Shown: positions 27,542-37,635 of the stretch, piece by piece
Layout: every line of letters begins with the position of its first letter
Position numbering within the stretch: position 1 is the stretch's first letter
DNA from: Ignavibacteriales bacterium
Lineage (GTDB): Bacteria; Bacteroidota; Ignavibacteria; T3Sed10-11
DNA: 52,763 nucleotides
Direction: 5' to 3'
Assembly (NCBI GenBank): GCA_003567775.1
Contig: PWYR01000003.1
Span: 1 to 52,763, forward strand
The notes under the pieces: model-generated
The model's input: the letters and a program-made list of their open reading frames with translations, nothing else
Told to the model about the DNA's origin: nothing
Database searches by the model: none
Program-made: the position numbers and the translations under genes

Positions 27542-28000
27542 ATGCAAGAAAAAATTGTAGAAATAATAGTATATATTATAAAAGAGATGCGCGCTAACAA
27601 AGATTTGAGTGATATCAATTTAAATGAGTTGGCGGATTACGGTTACACCGAAACCGAGATCAGTACAGCGCTGAGTTGGGTTATCGATAAAATATCGTTG
27701 GGTGAAAGCGTATTCCTTACAGATACAAGAGATGCACGATTTTCTCACCGCATATTTCACGAAGCCGAAAAAATGGTCATTGATTCGGAAGCGCAGGGAT
27801 ATATGCTCTTGCTTCGGGAACTCGGTGTGGTAGACGATTTGGATATGGAACTGATCATTGAACGGGTGATGTTGTCCGGTTTTCAAAAAGCGGATATCAA
27901 GAGCATAAAATCTATTATCGCTGCAGTTATGTTCGACCGTGACGGGGGTAATGCTCCGGGAAGCAGATTTATGTTGACGTCGCACGATACGATTCATTAA
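27542..28000 (+). CDS. smg: Smg (DUF494) family protein
   Basis: 152 aa. The N-terminus 'IVEIIVYIIKEM...LADYGYTETEISTALSWV' resembles E. coli Smg, and the position directly upstream of topA is classical. Confidence 0.75.
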   Translation: MQEKIVEIIVYIIKEMRANKDLSDINLNELADYGYTETEISTALSWVIDKISLGESVFLTDTRDARFSHRIFHEAEKMVIDSEAQGYMLLLRELGVVDDLDMELIIERVMLSGFQKADIKSIKSIIAAVMFDRDGGNAPGSRFMLTSHDTIH

Positions 28001-28081
28001 TAAAGCATAACAGACATCAAACCCGGATTCTGCTCGTTACCTCATCTAATTATAATATTATAAAGATTGATATTTTTACTT

Positions 28082-30358
28082 ATGACATCAAAAACAAAAT
28101 CGCTTATAATTGTTGAATCCCCGTCAAAGGCAAAAACAATAAATAAATACCTCGGTAAAGATTATATAGTCGAGGCATCGTTCGGACATATCAAGAATCT
28201 ACCGAAGAGCAAGATTGGAGTAGACATTGAGGACGGCTATACCCCTACCTATGTCACTATAAAGGGAAAGGGAGACGTTTTAAAAAAGCTGAAAGAAAAA
28301 GCCAAGAATGTTTCGGATATTTACCTCGCTACCGACCCCGACCGTGAAGGTGAAGCTATTGCCTGGCACGTTGCGGAAGAACTTGAACCGGTAAACGATA
28401 ATATCTATCGCGTTCTTTTTCATGAGATTACCCGGTCCGGTATCAATGAAGCAATGAGCAATAGGAGAAAAATCGACGATAAGCTGGTATATTCACAACA
28501 AGCCCGTCGTATCATGGACCGTATTGTCGGCTATCAGATTAGTCCCTTTGTATGGAAAACAATATATTACGGTCTTTCAGCCGGACGGGTGCAAACGGTT
28601 GCACTCCGGCTTATTTGTGAACGAGCCGAGGAAATAGAACGATTCGTTCCCGAAGAGTATTGGTCGGTTATCGGTCAATTTCAAACCGATACATCAAAAG
28701 AGTTTTTTGCAAAGCTTGCGAAAATCAATGGAAAACCGAAAAAGATCGGTTCGGAAGATGAGGTAAAAGATCTCGCCGCAGAGATAAAAAAGCAAGCGTA
28801 TGTTATCTCTAACATTCAGAAAAAGGATGTTAGGCGGAATCCATCGCCGCCATTTATAACAAGTACGCTTCAGCAGGAAGCTGCTTCACGCCTTCGGTTC
28901 TCTACCAAAAAGACGATGACATTGGCGCAACGTTTATACGAAGGTATTGAACTCGGTGATGAAGGGAGCGTCGGTCTGATAACCTATATGCGCACCGATA
29001 GTGTCAGGTTAAGTAATGAAGCCATAGCCGGGGCTCGGGAGTATATATACTCAAATTACGGTAAAGAATATTTGCCAAAAGAACCTCGTTTGTTTAAAAA
29101 AGCGAAGACATCTCAGGATGCACATGAAGCGATACGTCCGACTTCGGTTGAATATGAACCGAAGAAAGTCAGGAAGTATCTTGATAAGGATGTCTTTAAA
29201 TTGTATGAGCTTATCTGGAATCGGTTTATCGCAAGTCAAATGCAACCTGCGATTTATGAGCAGATAAACGTTGAGATTGAGGGGGGCAAATTCACATTCC
29301 GCGCAAGCGGTTCGGTTATTAAATTCCGTGGTTTTCTGCAAGTATACGACGATGTCAAGACAAACGGTGAAGACGAAAAAGATGAAGATCCGGCGTCACC
29401 GGTCCCGACGGAGTTATCGGTAGGGCAGAATGCAAAACTGCTGGATTTACTCACAAAACAACATTTTACAAAACCACCACCGCAATATACTGAAGCGAGT
29501 CTTGTGCGTGAACTTGAATCGCTGGGTATAGGTCGGCCGAGTACGTATTCGCTCATCATTTCGACCATTCTCGAGCGGAAATATGTTGAACAGAAAGATC
29601 GGCAGATACAGCCGACCGATCTTGGTAAACAAGTCTACAAATTGTTAATCGACCATTTTCCGGAAATATTCAGTGTCAAATTCACCGCCGAGATGGAGGA
29701 TGAACTCGATACCATCGCATCGGGTAAGCAGTCGTACAAAAAAGTTTTGGATGATTTTTATTATCCGTTTACCGAATCGCTCGAGAAAGTCAGCCGGAAA
29801 ACGGTGGAGATAAAAAAGTCCCTGCAAGAAGAAACAGGGGAAATGTGTGATATCTGCGGTAAGCCAATGATCATCAAGTGGGGTAGAAACGGAAGGTTTA
29901 TGGCATGCTCCGGATATCCCGATTGTAAAAATACAAAACCTCTTGCACATGAACGCGAACACCTCAAACAAGTTGTTAATGATACCAAGTGTGAAGCATG
30001 CGGCGGAGATATGGTTGTTAAAGGAGGACCGTACGGAGCTTTCCTGGGTTGTTCAAATTACCCTACATGTAAAAACACGAAACCGATTACGCTCGGATTA
30101 AAATGTCCGAAGTGCAATGAAGGCGAAATTCTTGAGAGAAAAACAAAACGTAAGAGAACGTTTTACGGATGCAGTAAATACCCAAAATGTGATTTTGCTT
30201 CCTGGGATAAACCGGTAATGAAATCATGTCCGTCGTGTGATAATCCGTATATTGTGGAAAAGTATACCCAAAAGAAGGGGAATTTTTTGAAGTGCCCCGA
30301 ATGTAAAAATGAATTTGATCCGGATGAATTGACCGTTGCCAAGCAAGCATCCGGTTAA
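28082..30358 (+). CDS. topA: DNA topoisomerase I with four C-terminal C4 zinc ribbons
   Basis: Toprim 'LIIVESPSKAKTI' and 'DPDREGE', and active-site 'ITYMRTDS'. Four zinc ribbons follow: 'CDICG...CSGYPDC', 'CEACG...CSNYPTC', 'CPKCN...CSKYPKC' and 'CPSCD...CPEC'. Confidence 0.95.
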   Translation: MTSKTKSLIIVESPSKAKTINKYLGKDYIVEASFGHIKNLPKSKIGVDIEDGYTPTYVTIKGKGDVLKKLKEKAKNVSDIYLATDPDREGEAIAWHVAEELEPVNDNIYRVLFHEITRSGINEAMSNRRKIDDKLVYSQQARRIMDRIVGYQISPFVWKTIYYGLSAGRVQTVALRLICERAEEIERFVPEEYWSVIGQFQTDTSKEFFAKLAKINGKPKKIGSEDEVKDLAAEIKKQAYVISNIQKKDVRRNPSPPFITSTLQQEAASRLRFSTKKTMTLAQRLYEGIELGDEGSVGLITYMRTDSVRLSNEAIAGAREYIYSNYGKEYLPKEPRLFKKAKTSQDAHEAIRPTSVEYEPKKVRKYLDKDVFKLYELIWNRFIASQMQPAIYEQINVEIEGGKFTFRASGSVIKFRGFLQVYDDVKTNGEDEKDEDPASPVPTELSVGQNAKLLDLLTKQHFTKPPPQYTEASLVRELESLGIGRPSTYSLIISTILERKYVEQKDRQIQPTDLGKQVYKLLIDHFPEIFSVKFTAEMEDELDTIASGKQSYKKVLDDFYYPFTESLEKVSRKTVEIKKSLQEETGEMCDICGKPMIIKWGRNGRFMACSGYPDCKNTKPLAHEREHLKQVVNDTKCEACGGDMVVKGGPYGAFLGCSNYPTCKNTKPITLGLKCPKCNEGEILERKTKRKRTFYGCSKYPKCDFASWDKPVMKSCPSCDNPYIVEKYTQKKGNFLKCPECKNEFDPDELTVAKQASG

Positions 30359-30381
30359 CTGATTGTAAACCGGTGGTAGCG

Positions 30382-31260
30382 ATGCAGCATTTGATTGAGC
30401 AGTATATAAATGAATTAAAAGGTGAACGGAATTATTCCGCACACACAGTAGCTGCGTATGAAGCCGACCTGGAACAGTTGCACCTTTTTTTATCACGTCA
30501 TTTTGAGTCGGAAGTGGTTGATCCGGGGCGGGTCGATACGATTACGTTACGATTATTTCTGGGGGAACTTTCCGAGGCAGATATTCGTCCAAGAAGTATA
30601 GCCCGTAAAACAACGGTTATTCGGTCTTTCTTTAAATATGTATTAAAAAATGAGATGATCGAAGATAATCCGGCTCGCTCATTAAAATCACCGAAAATTC
30701 CACGAGATCTACCGCATGTGATTGATGTACAGGATATGGAAGACGTGTTCAAAGCGGTTTCGGATGAAGATAAAAATGCTACACGCGACCGGGCAATTCT
30801 TGAATTGTTTTACAGCACCGGTGTTCGATTATCCGAGTTGACGTCATTGCAAAAAAAATCGATTGACTGGGGTAATATGACAATTCGTGTAACGGGTAAG
30901 GGGAGCCGTGAACGCATAGTCCCGTTCGGACATAAAGCAAAACAGGCATTAATGACATACATACAGAATACAGGCGATGTTTCCCCGTTTGTATTTGTGC
31001 ATAAAAATGGACGACGTCTTTCGGGGCGTACAATTCAAAGAGTGGTTGTAAAATATATTGCAATGGTATCCGAGGTGAAAAAGAAAAGCCCGCATGTTAT
31101 CAGGCATTCGTTTGCAACGCATTTGCTTGATCGCGGCGCCGACCTGAGAGCGGTGCAGGAACTGCTCGGTCATCAAAATTTATCGACGACACAAATTTAT
31201 ACCCATGTCAGCATAGATCGCCTGAAAAGGATATATCAGGAAAAACACCCGCGGGCGTAA
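30382..31260 (+). CDS. xerC: Tyrosine recombinase of the XerC/XerD family
   Basis: SAM-like N-domain 'SAHTVAAYEADLEQL'. Catalytic 'RLSEL', 'HVIRHSFATHLL' and 'LLGHQNLSTTQIYTH'. I cannot separate XerC from XerD by eye. Confidence 0.85.
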   Translation: MQHLIEQYINELKGERNYSAHTVAAYEADLEQLHLFLSRHFESEVVDPGRVDTITLRLFLGELSEADIRPRSIARKTTVIRSFFKYVLKNEMIEDNPARSLKSPKIPRDLPHVIDVQDMEDVFKAVSDEDKNATRDRAILELFYSTGVRLSELTSLQKKSIDWGNMTIRVTGKGSRERIVPFGHKAKQALMTYIQNTGDVSPFVFVHKNGRRLSGRTIQRVVVKYIAMVSEVKKKSPHVIRHSFATHLLDRGADLRAVQELLGHQNLSTTQIYTHVSIDRLKRIYQEKHPRA

Positions 31261-31294
31261 GTGCGATGTGCTCATTAATAGAAGGAGAAACGCT

Positions 31295-31627
31295 ATGCAT
31301 ATACAAATAACGGCGCGACATTTCAAGATGCACGAATCTATTCGTGAACATATAACTAAAGAACTTGAAAAATTGGAAAAGTTTTTCGACGGTATTATTG
31401 GCTGTGAGGTAGTTTTGTTTTATGAGCGTCCGCAAAACAGCCGGAAACATTGTGAAATGACCTTAAAGGTCAAAGGGGAAACATTATTTGCCGCCGCCGA
31501 TTCAGATGATTTCTTAAAATCGGTAGATATGTCGGTCGAAAAGCTTGAACGACAGTTAAAGAAATATAAAGATAAGCTCCGGGAAAAAAACAAGAGAGTC
31601 GTTCGAGAGGTAAACGCAAAACCGTAA
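31295..31627 (+). CDS. hpf: Ribosome hibernation promoting factor (short HPF/RaiA, S30AE family)
   Basis: 'MHIQITARHFKMHESIREHI...' followed by a basic C-terminus. RBS gaaggaga lies upstream of ATG 31295. Confidence 0.85.
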   Translation: MHIQITARHFKMHESIREHITKELEKLEKFFDGIIGCEVVLFYERPQNSRKHCEMTLKVKGETLFAAADSDDFLKSVDMSVEKLERQLKKYKDKLREKNKRVVREVNAKP

Positions 31628-31649
31628 TATTAATGATGCCAAGAACAAA

Positions 31650-32657
31650 ATGAGTGATAAAGAACAGCAAATTCAAAAAGACCATATAACGGTGGAGTTC
31701 CTTTTCAATGCAAACCGTGAAAGGTTGAGATTGAAGTGTCTCACCGGTGAAGCGGGTTTTAATAATCAAATCCGGGATAAAAATATTCACCGTCCCGGTC
31801 TCGCGTTGGCAGGATACGTCGAGTTGTTTACATACAATCGGGTGCAGGTTGTGGGTAACACTGAGATTCGATATTTAAATCATCTCGCTCCCGATAAACG
31901 AAGTCAGGCATATTCGACGTTGATGAAATTTGATATACCTTGTATTGTGATAACAAATAACAACAAGATCGATAATGAATTATTAGATCTTTCTATTAAG
32001 AACAATGTACCCGTTTTCCAAACGCCTCTGGCGACCACAAAATTTGTCTATTTCATAAGCGATTTTCTGGATGACCAGTTTGCACCGCAAACCGTGATAC
32101 ATGGTTCGTTTGTTGATGTATACGGTATAGGTGTTTTACTGACGGGCAGGTCTGGTATCGGGAAAAGCGAAATAGCGCTTGATCTTGTTGAACGTGGTCA
32201 CCGCCTTGTTGCCGACGATGTTGTTGTCGTTACACGTAAAGGCGAGGGAATTTTGATGGGTGCGGGCACCGATCTGGTAAAACATTTTATGGAAATTCGT
32301 GGTCTTGGGTTGCTGGATGTGCGAAGTATGTTTGGCATTAGAGCTATCCGTTTTCAGAAAAGAGTTGAAGTGGTAGTTGAGCTTGAGGACTGGGACACGA
32401 AGGAGGAATATACCAGAACCGGCCTTGATAACTTGACTATGTCCATTTTTGAAGTTGAATTGCCCAAAGTAAAATTACCCATTTATCCCGGTAAAAATGT
32501 TACCGTTCTTACGGAGGTTATTGCCCTTAATTATCTTTTAAAACATTATGGGTATGATGCTGCTAAGGAATTTCAAAGCCGGCTTGAAAATGCCATCGCG
32601 GAAAAATCGAAAATGAAAAACCGCGTAATTGATTATTTCGAGCATGATTTCGAATAA
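31650..32657 (+). CDS. hprK: HPr kinase/phosphorylase
   Basis: Walker A 'GRSGIGKSE', 'HRLVADD' and 'EIRGLGLLDV'. Confidence 0.9.
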   Translation: MSDKEQQIQKDHITVEFLFNANRERLRLKCLTGEAGFNNQIRDKNIHRPGLALAGYVELFTYNRVQVVGNTEIRYLNHLAPDKRSQAYSTLMKFDIPCIVITNNNKIDNELLDLSIKNNVPVFQTPLATTKFVYFISDFLDDQFAPQTVIHGSFVDVYGIGVLLTGRSGIGKSEIALDLVERGHRLVADDVVVVTRKGEGILMGAGTDLVKHFMEIRGLGLLDVRSMFGIRAIRFQKRVEVVVELEDWDTKEEYTRTGLDNLTMSIFEVELPKVKLPIYPGKNVTVLTEVIALNYLLKHYGYDAAKEFQSRLENAIAEKSKMKNRVIDYFEHDFE

Positions 32658-32712
32658 TTCCACCATGAAATAAAAATAGAGAAGGGGAATGTGAAAAAAA
32701 CCGTCATTTTTC

Positions 32713-32741
32713 TTGACAAATGATTTGCTTTTTATTATCTT
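32713..32741 (+). promoter_or_regulatory. Candidate sigma-70-type promoter (TTGACA-17 nt-TATCTT)
   Basis: TTGACA at 32713-32718 and TATCTT at 32736-32741, upstream of the M23 peptidase gene. The -10 element is imperfect. Confidence 0.35.
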
Positions 32742-32835
32742 CGTATGTATCTGTTTTTAATTCATTTATACTTGTTTATCGATTGAGAGGGGGGAATAAT
32801 TCAACAAATAACCAACAACTAAATAGACCTAAGGA

Positions 32836-33801
32836 ATGAAAAAGATCGACAAGCTGTTTTATTATTCCCATGAAACCGGTACATTAAAAGAAATAACGAG
32901 ATTCCATTATAAAGGAGTTGCCTTTTTTTTCGGTTCATTGGCTATTGCACTCTGTACACTTCTCATAACCAATCATATTTATTATAATTTCCTCGATTTG
33001 GGATACCGCCAGGCGGCAGTTCTTGAGACTGAGAATAAGATGTTACGTGATCAGGTAAAATCATTCGAGGCAAAGTTACAACAAATAGAATATAAACTTG
33101 AGGAATTTGCTGAACGTGATACCGAATTGAGATTATATGTCGATTTACCGACAATAGACGAAGATACGCGAAAAGTAGGAGTGGGAGGTGTCAGCACCGA
33201 TTTTGGAATAGCGGCCGGAAATTCAAGGGAATTGTTAAACCGAACAAATCGCTGGATGGAAAGACTCGAACGGGAACTCCAGATGCAGCGTGAATCGTTT
33301 GCAGAAATAGAACATAAATATGAATTCAACCAGGGATTTTTTAGTCATTTACCGGCAATTAAACCTGCTGAAGGACGCTATAACCCACACGGGTTTGGAC
33401 GCCGGCGGCATCCCGTTCATGGTACTCTGCACATGCATGGAGGTATAGACATTGCATGCGATGTCGGCACCCCGGTGTATGCAACTGCGGATGGCGTGGT
33501 TGAGGTAGCGGGACGAAATAGAGGTGGATACGGCAGAATGATTGTCATTGACCATGGATTCGGTTATAAGACGTTATATGCGCATTTGTCTTCTACAATT
33601 AAAGTGAATCGCGGCGATCGGGTGACGCGAGGTGATATTATAGCTTTAAGCGGAAGATCGGGACTCGTCACCGGACCGCATCTTCATTATGAAGTGGTTT
33701 ACAACGGTGTTAAACAGAACCCCATTGATTACTTCTTCGATGACATAAATTATCATGAAGCAAAGAAAGCATTTGCCGAAGGATTACATAAACAAAGGTA
33801 A
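32836..33801 (+). CDS. M23-family metallopeptidase with N-terminal TM helix and coiled coil
   Basis: 'HGGIDIA' (HxxxD) and 'GPHLHYEV' (HxH). TM 'VAFFFGSLAIALCTLLI', followed by a coiled-coil-like stretch. Confidence 0.85.
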   Translation: MKKIDKLFYYSHETGTLKEITRFHYKGVAFFFGSLAIALCTLLITNHIYYNFLDLGYRQAAVLETENKMLRDQVKSFEAKLQQIEYKLEEFAERDTELRLYVDLPTIDEDTRKVGVGGVSTDFGIAAGNSRELLNRTNRWMERLERELQMQRESFAEIEHKYEFNQGFFSHLPAIKPAEGRYNPHGFGRRRHPVHGTLHMHGGIDIACDVGTPVYATADGVVEVAGRNRGGYGRMIVIDHGFGYKTLYAHLSSTIKVNRGDRVTRGDIIALSGRSGLVTGPHLHYEVVYNGVKQNPIDYFFDDINYHEAKKAFAEGLHKQR

Positions 33802-33843
33802 ACCGGCAATAACGTCAATGATTGAAAAAGTTTTCTACCCCGG

Positions 33844-33878
33844 CCACTGATTGTTTATTACACTCAGTGGTTTTTTTT
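33844..33878 (+). terminator. Rho-independent terminator
   Basis: ccactga (33844-33850) / tcagtgg (33864-33870) stem followed by tttttttt. Confidence 0.8.
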
Positions 33879-33942
33879 AATTAAATGTGTGTATAATATG
33901 AAAAAACGATTCAGAAGAAATGATCATCAAGGAGGGATGTGA

Positions 33943-34167
33943 ATGATCTGGACAATGGAATTGGCATCGTATCTTGAAGACGCTCCTTGGCCTGCGACAA
34001 AAGACGAACTTATTGATTATGCAATTCGCACCGGTGCGCCTGTAGAAGTAATAGAAAATCTACAGGAACTTGAAGATTCGGAAGAACCATACGAAAGTAT
34101 CGAAGAAATCTGGCCCGATTATCCGACAGATGAAGATTTCTTCTTCGAAGATGATTCAGAATTATAG
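33943..34167 (+). CDS. DUF2795-like small acidic protein
   Basis: 74 aa. 'ASYLEDAPWPATKDELIDYAIRTGAPVEVIENLQEL' fits the DUF2795 pattern. Confidence 0.65.
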   Translation: MIWTMELASYLEDAPWPATKDELIDYAIRTGAPVEVIENLQELEDSEEPYESIEEIWPDYPTDEDFFFEDDSEL

Positions 34168-34241
34168 AATATTCAGTGAATATACACGAGCTTTGTGCCG
34201 GGATGGAAGTGTATGATCATACGGAAGGGTAGCTCGAACAA

Positions 34242-36410
34242 ATGCATAGTCATTACTACACCGGTAAACTTTTTCGCCGGAACGGAGTTTTATCAGGCGG
34301 GGGAAAGATAGCAAAACGATTTACGGTTCCCCTCTTTGTATTAGCAGTTATCGCCATGCTTATTGTATTCCATAAGCCGGTAATGGCGCAGGTTATATAT
34401 ATCTACGCTGAAGATAATTTTACCATTCGGGACGTCCGCTTTGAAGGTAATAATTCTTATTCCGAAGGTGTACTTCGTGATGTCGTCGAGATTGAAAAGT
34501 CTCCATCACGGTTTACGAGCTGGCTAAACACCAAAGTAAGCGCCAAACTGGGAAGGCAGCCGAATTACTTTGATGTGATTCAAGTTGGAGAAGACCTTGC
34601 TCGATTAATAGAATTCTATGAAGGCAACGGTTTTTTTAATGTATCAATCGATACTTCTCTTGCAATCAACTTCGACCACCAACGTGTGCGCTTTACCTTT
34701 GATATAAGTGAAGGTGAGCGATGGATAATACGAAATATTACATATGAAGGACTTGATGGTATAGACTCGCTGGCTCTTCAAAAAATATACGACAAACCGG
34801 AGATCGAAATCGATATTCCGTACCAGATCGATCTTGTCGAGCGTGAGTACCAAAGAATTCTCGACGTCCTGTATAATAATGGATATGCAAAAGCCGCGAT
34901 CGATAGTGTAAATGTGGAGTTCCCCCGGCACGAACCCGAAGCGTCTGTCATAATGAGTTTTGATCCCGGTGAACAGTTTGCGTTCGGTGATATACAGATC
35001 AATATAGAGGAGGATCGGGGACACAGTGTTAGCCCGAATATAATTTATCGTATGCTTGAATATAAAACCGATGACACATATAGTCTGGCGAACCGATCGC
35101 GGAGTGAACGGAACTTAAATCGTCTCGGTATATTCGAATCGGCAAAAATTGATATTCGTATCCCGTCTTCGGACGATACGACGCGTGTTATCCCGAGCAT
35201 GGTGAATGTGCGCCTCCGATCTAAACACGAAATTACACCCGAAGTTCTTGTAAATGACGAAAACAATGCGTTTAATATAGGTCTCGGTGTCGGTTATTCG
35301 AATCGGAACTTTCTTGGCGGCGCTCGCATCCTCACACTCAGGTCCCGGTTTCGTGTACAATCCGTTCAGGAATTGCAGCTTGTGCGGGTTATTAACGAGA
35401 ATGGGTGGAGAGATCCGTCCCTTCTCGGCGCGATCGATATTGGCGTCGAAGTAAGACAACCGTACATTTTTACGACAAGAACAAGCGGACGCTGGGGTGT
35501 ATCCTATATTCTTGAAAAACATCCGTATATTCAATACACGCTGTTACGAAATCGTATCGGTATTAATCACCAATTTGCGTCAACTACATATGGTATTTTA
35601 GATTGGACGCTTGAGCGTGTTTCTCCACGAACACTCAACGACGAAATAACTCCCGATGAGATCGATCAACAATTGCCGCCGGACCGACGTTTCGAAGAAC
35701 CGCAATTTAACTCGCTTATTGCATTTACATTACAACGAGATATGACCGACGATGTCTTTTCGCCTACGCAAGGATTTTTCCATTCCGGTACAATTGAGGA
35801 AGGCGGATTACTTCCGGTATTGTTCTCGTATCTCGGTGAACATCTGCCGTATTCACAATACGTGAAAACTACTTTTACCGGACGCTGGTATTTTCCGATG
35901 GATATAAGACGCAATCACATTCTTGGTCTGAAATTAAAAGCAGGTTATGCAACATTGTATGCCAAAGATAATGATACACCGATACCCTTTCACCGACGCT
36001 TTTTTGCCGGCGGTAGCGGAAGCGTGCGCGGTTGGAAAAGCAGGCAACTCGGACCGGTTGACGACCGCGAAAGACCTGTCGGCGGTATGGCTATTATCGA
36101 AGGCAATATTGAATCCCGGATTAACATAGTACGTAATCTCGGAGAGTTCCCAATCGATTTTAACAATCTGTGGGGAGTGCTCTTCCTGGATTTTGGTAAT
36201 GTTTGGGAAAATGGATCGGATATTCGCCCTCAGGAAATTGCACTGGCTACCGGTTTCGGATTGCGCTATAATACATTAATAGGACCGATTCGGATTGATT
36301 TTGGATTCAAGCTATATGACCCCAAGAGACCCGAACACCGACAATGGTTATTCGACAGACCGTTTTTTAAAGACATTGCACTTCATTTTGGGATCGGACA
36401 CGCATTTTAA
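34242..36410 (+). CDS. BamA/TamA (Omp85) family outer-membrane protein
   Basis: POTRA-like repeats ('IRDVRFEGNNSYSEGVL', 'IRNITYEGLDG'). C-terminal surface-antigen barrel with 'FFAGGSGSVRGW', ending '...GIGHAF'. Confidence 0.8.
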   Translation: MHSHYYTGKLFRRNGVLSGGGKIAKRFTVPLFVLAVIAMLIVFHKPVMAQVIYIYAEDNFTIRDVRFEGNNSYSEGVLRDVVEIEKSPSRFTSWLNTKVSAKLGRQPNYFDVIQVGEDLARLIEFYEGNGFFNVSIDTSLAINFDHQRVRFTFDISEGERWIIRNITYEGLDGIDSLALQKIYDKPEIEIDIPYQIDLVEREYQRILDVLYNNGYAKAAIDSVNVEFPRHEPEASVIMSFDPGEQFAFGDIQINIEEDRGHSVSPNIIYRMLEYKTDDTYSLANRSRSERNLNRLGIFESAKIDIRIPSSDDTTRVIPSMVNVRLRSKHEITPEVLVNDENNAFNIGLGVGYSNRNFLGGARILTLRSRFRVQSVQELQLVRVINENGWRDPSLLGAIDIGVEVRQPYIFTTRTSGRWGVSYILEKHPYIQYTLLRNRIGINHQFASTTYGILDWTLERVSPRTLNDEITPDEIDQQLPPDRRFEEPQFNSLIAFTLQRDMTDDVFSPTQGFFHSGTIEEGGLLPVLFSYLGEHLPYSQYVKTTFTGRWYFPMDIRRNHILGLKLKAGYATLYAKDNDTPIPFHRRFFAGGSGSVRGWKSRQLGPVDDRERPVGGMAIIEGNIESRINIVRNLGEFPIDFNNLWGVLFLDFGNVWENGSDIRPQEIALATGFGLRYNTLIGPIRIDFGFKLYDPKRPEHRQWLFDRPFFKDIALHFGIGHAF

Positions 36411-37537
36411 TGAGTTGGCATTCAGTTATAGGACAGGAACGGGTAAAAAAGATATTACAACGGTCATTTACCACCAACAAAATATCGCACGCCTATCTAT
36501 TCCACGGACCCGAAGGCACGGGAAAAGATGCTGCCGCTATCGCATTTTCGAAATTATTGAACTGTGAACATCCCGATAATGGAAATTCATGTAATACATG
36601 TTCCAATTGCAAAAGAATTTCTTCATTGCAGCATCCGAACCTGCAGTTCATAGTTTCAATGCCGGTAGGAAAGAATGAAAAAGAAGGAGACGATCCGTTT
36701 AAAAACCTCGATCAAAAAACTATTACAGAGTACCGGCAAGCGATTGCGGATAAAGCTGAAAATCCCTATTATCGCATCAATCTTGCTAAGGCAAATACAA
36801 TTAAGATTAACTCGATACGGGAAATACGAAAATCGATCAATCTCGCGCGTGCGGAACACGGTAAAAAGGTAATCGTTATATCCGGAGCGGATAAAATGAA
36901 TGATAGCGCCGCGAATTCGCTGTTAAAGACGCTTGAAGAACCGACACCCAATACCGTTATAATCCTCACCACATCGAATCACGACAAATTACTGCCCACC
37001 ATAATTTCACGTTGTCAAATGGTTCGTTTTGAGCTGCTTCGGGAAGAAGAAGTAAGAAAAGGATTAATCGAGAGGGATAAAACATTAGATGAACAACAGG
37101 CGATACTTATTTCGAAAATGGCAAATGGGAGTTTTCAGCGCGCACAGGAATTAACCGGCGCCGATCTTGTTTCTCAACGTGAAGAAATGATCGATTTATT
37201 GCGAAATATACTGGCTCGATCGCCGTCGGTATGGATGAAAGAGATTGAGGGGTTTCTCGGCCCGAAAGATCGCTACAATGTAGTGAGATCGCTTATGCTG
37301 CTCAATCTATGGGTGCGCGATGCGATGATGCTGCAGAATGATAACGGCGACGCGATCGTCAATCTCGATCAACAGGAGCCGCTTGATAAATTTATAGCTC
37401 ACTTTGATCAAGCAGACCTTACAGCGGTTATTAATGCAATAGAACGGGCAATTGCTCTTGTGGAAAAAAATATCTACCTTTCACTTGTTCTCTTGAATCT
37501 TGCTTTTGATATACGACAGTTTATTGTGAGGCGGTAA
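36410..37537 (+). CDS. holB: DNA polymerase III delta' subunit
   Basis: 'HAYLFHGPEGTGK', zinc module 'CNTCSNCKR', 'LLKTLEEP' and 'SRCQ'. Confidence 0.85.
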   Translation: MSWHSVIGQERVKKILQRSFTTNKISHAYLFHGPEGTGKDAAAIAFSKLLNCEHPDNGNSCNTCSNCKRISSLQHPNLQFIVSMPVGKNEKEGDDPFKNLDQKTITEYRQAIADKAENPYYRINLAKANTIKINSIREIRKSINLARAEHGKKVIVISGADKMNDSAANSLLKTLEEPTPNTVIILTTSNHDKLLPTIISRCQMVRFELLREEEVRKGLIERDKTLDEQQAILISKMANGSFQRAQELTGADLVSQREEMIDLLRNILARSPSVWMKEIEGFLGPKDRYNVVRSLMLLNLWVRDAMMLQNDNGDAIVNLDQQEPLDKFIAHFDQADLTAVINAIERAIALVEKNIYLSLVLLNLAFDIRQFIVRR

Positions 37538-37566
37538 ATTCGCCGATCGAAAAAATTGTAAATCGC

Positions 37567-37608
37567 AGAGTCTGGACATCGGGGAGAGATATAGTTCAGA
37601 CTCTTTTT
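37567..37608 (+). terminator. Rho-independent terminator
   Basis: agagtctg (37567-37574) / cagactct (37597-37604) stem followed by ttttt. Confidence 0.7.
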
Positions 37609-37635
37609 CATGTTCATACAGTAAACGAGGTAGCA

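Noticed and set aside
28050-28063. 14-bp perfect AT-only palindrome ttataatattataa upstream of topA, considered as a dif-like or operator site near xerC
   Set aside because: It is pure A/T, contains overlapping TATAAT-like hexamers and lacks the XerC/XerD arm sequences of dif sites. It is most simply the topA -10 region.
33898-33942. 14-codon upstream mini-ORF (MKKRFRRNDHQGGM) ending directly against the DUF2795 start codon
   Set aside because: Its ATG overlaps or precedes the likely TATAAT box (33892-33897), so it would probably lie outside the transcript. No conservation evidence is available.
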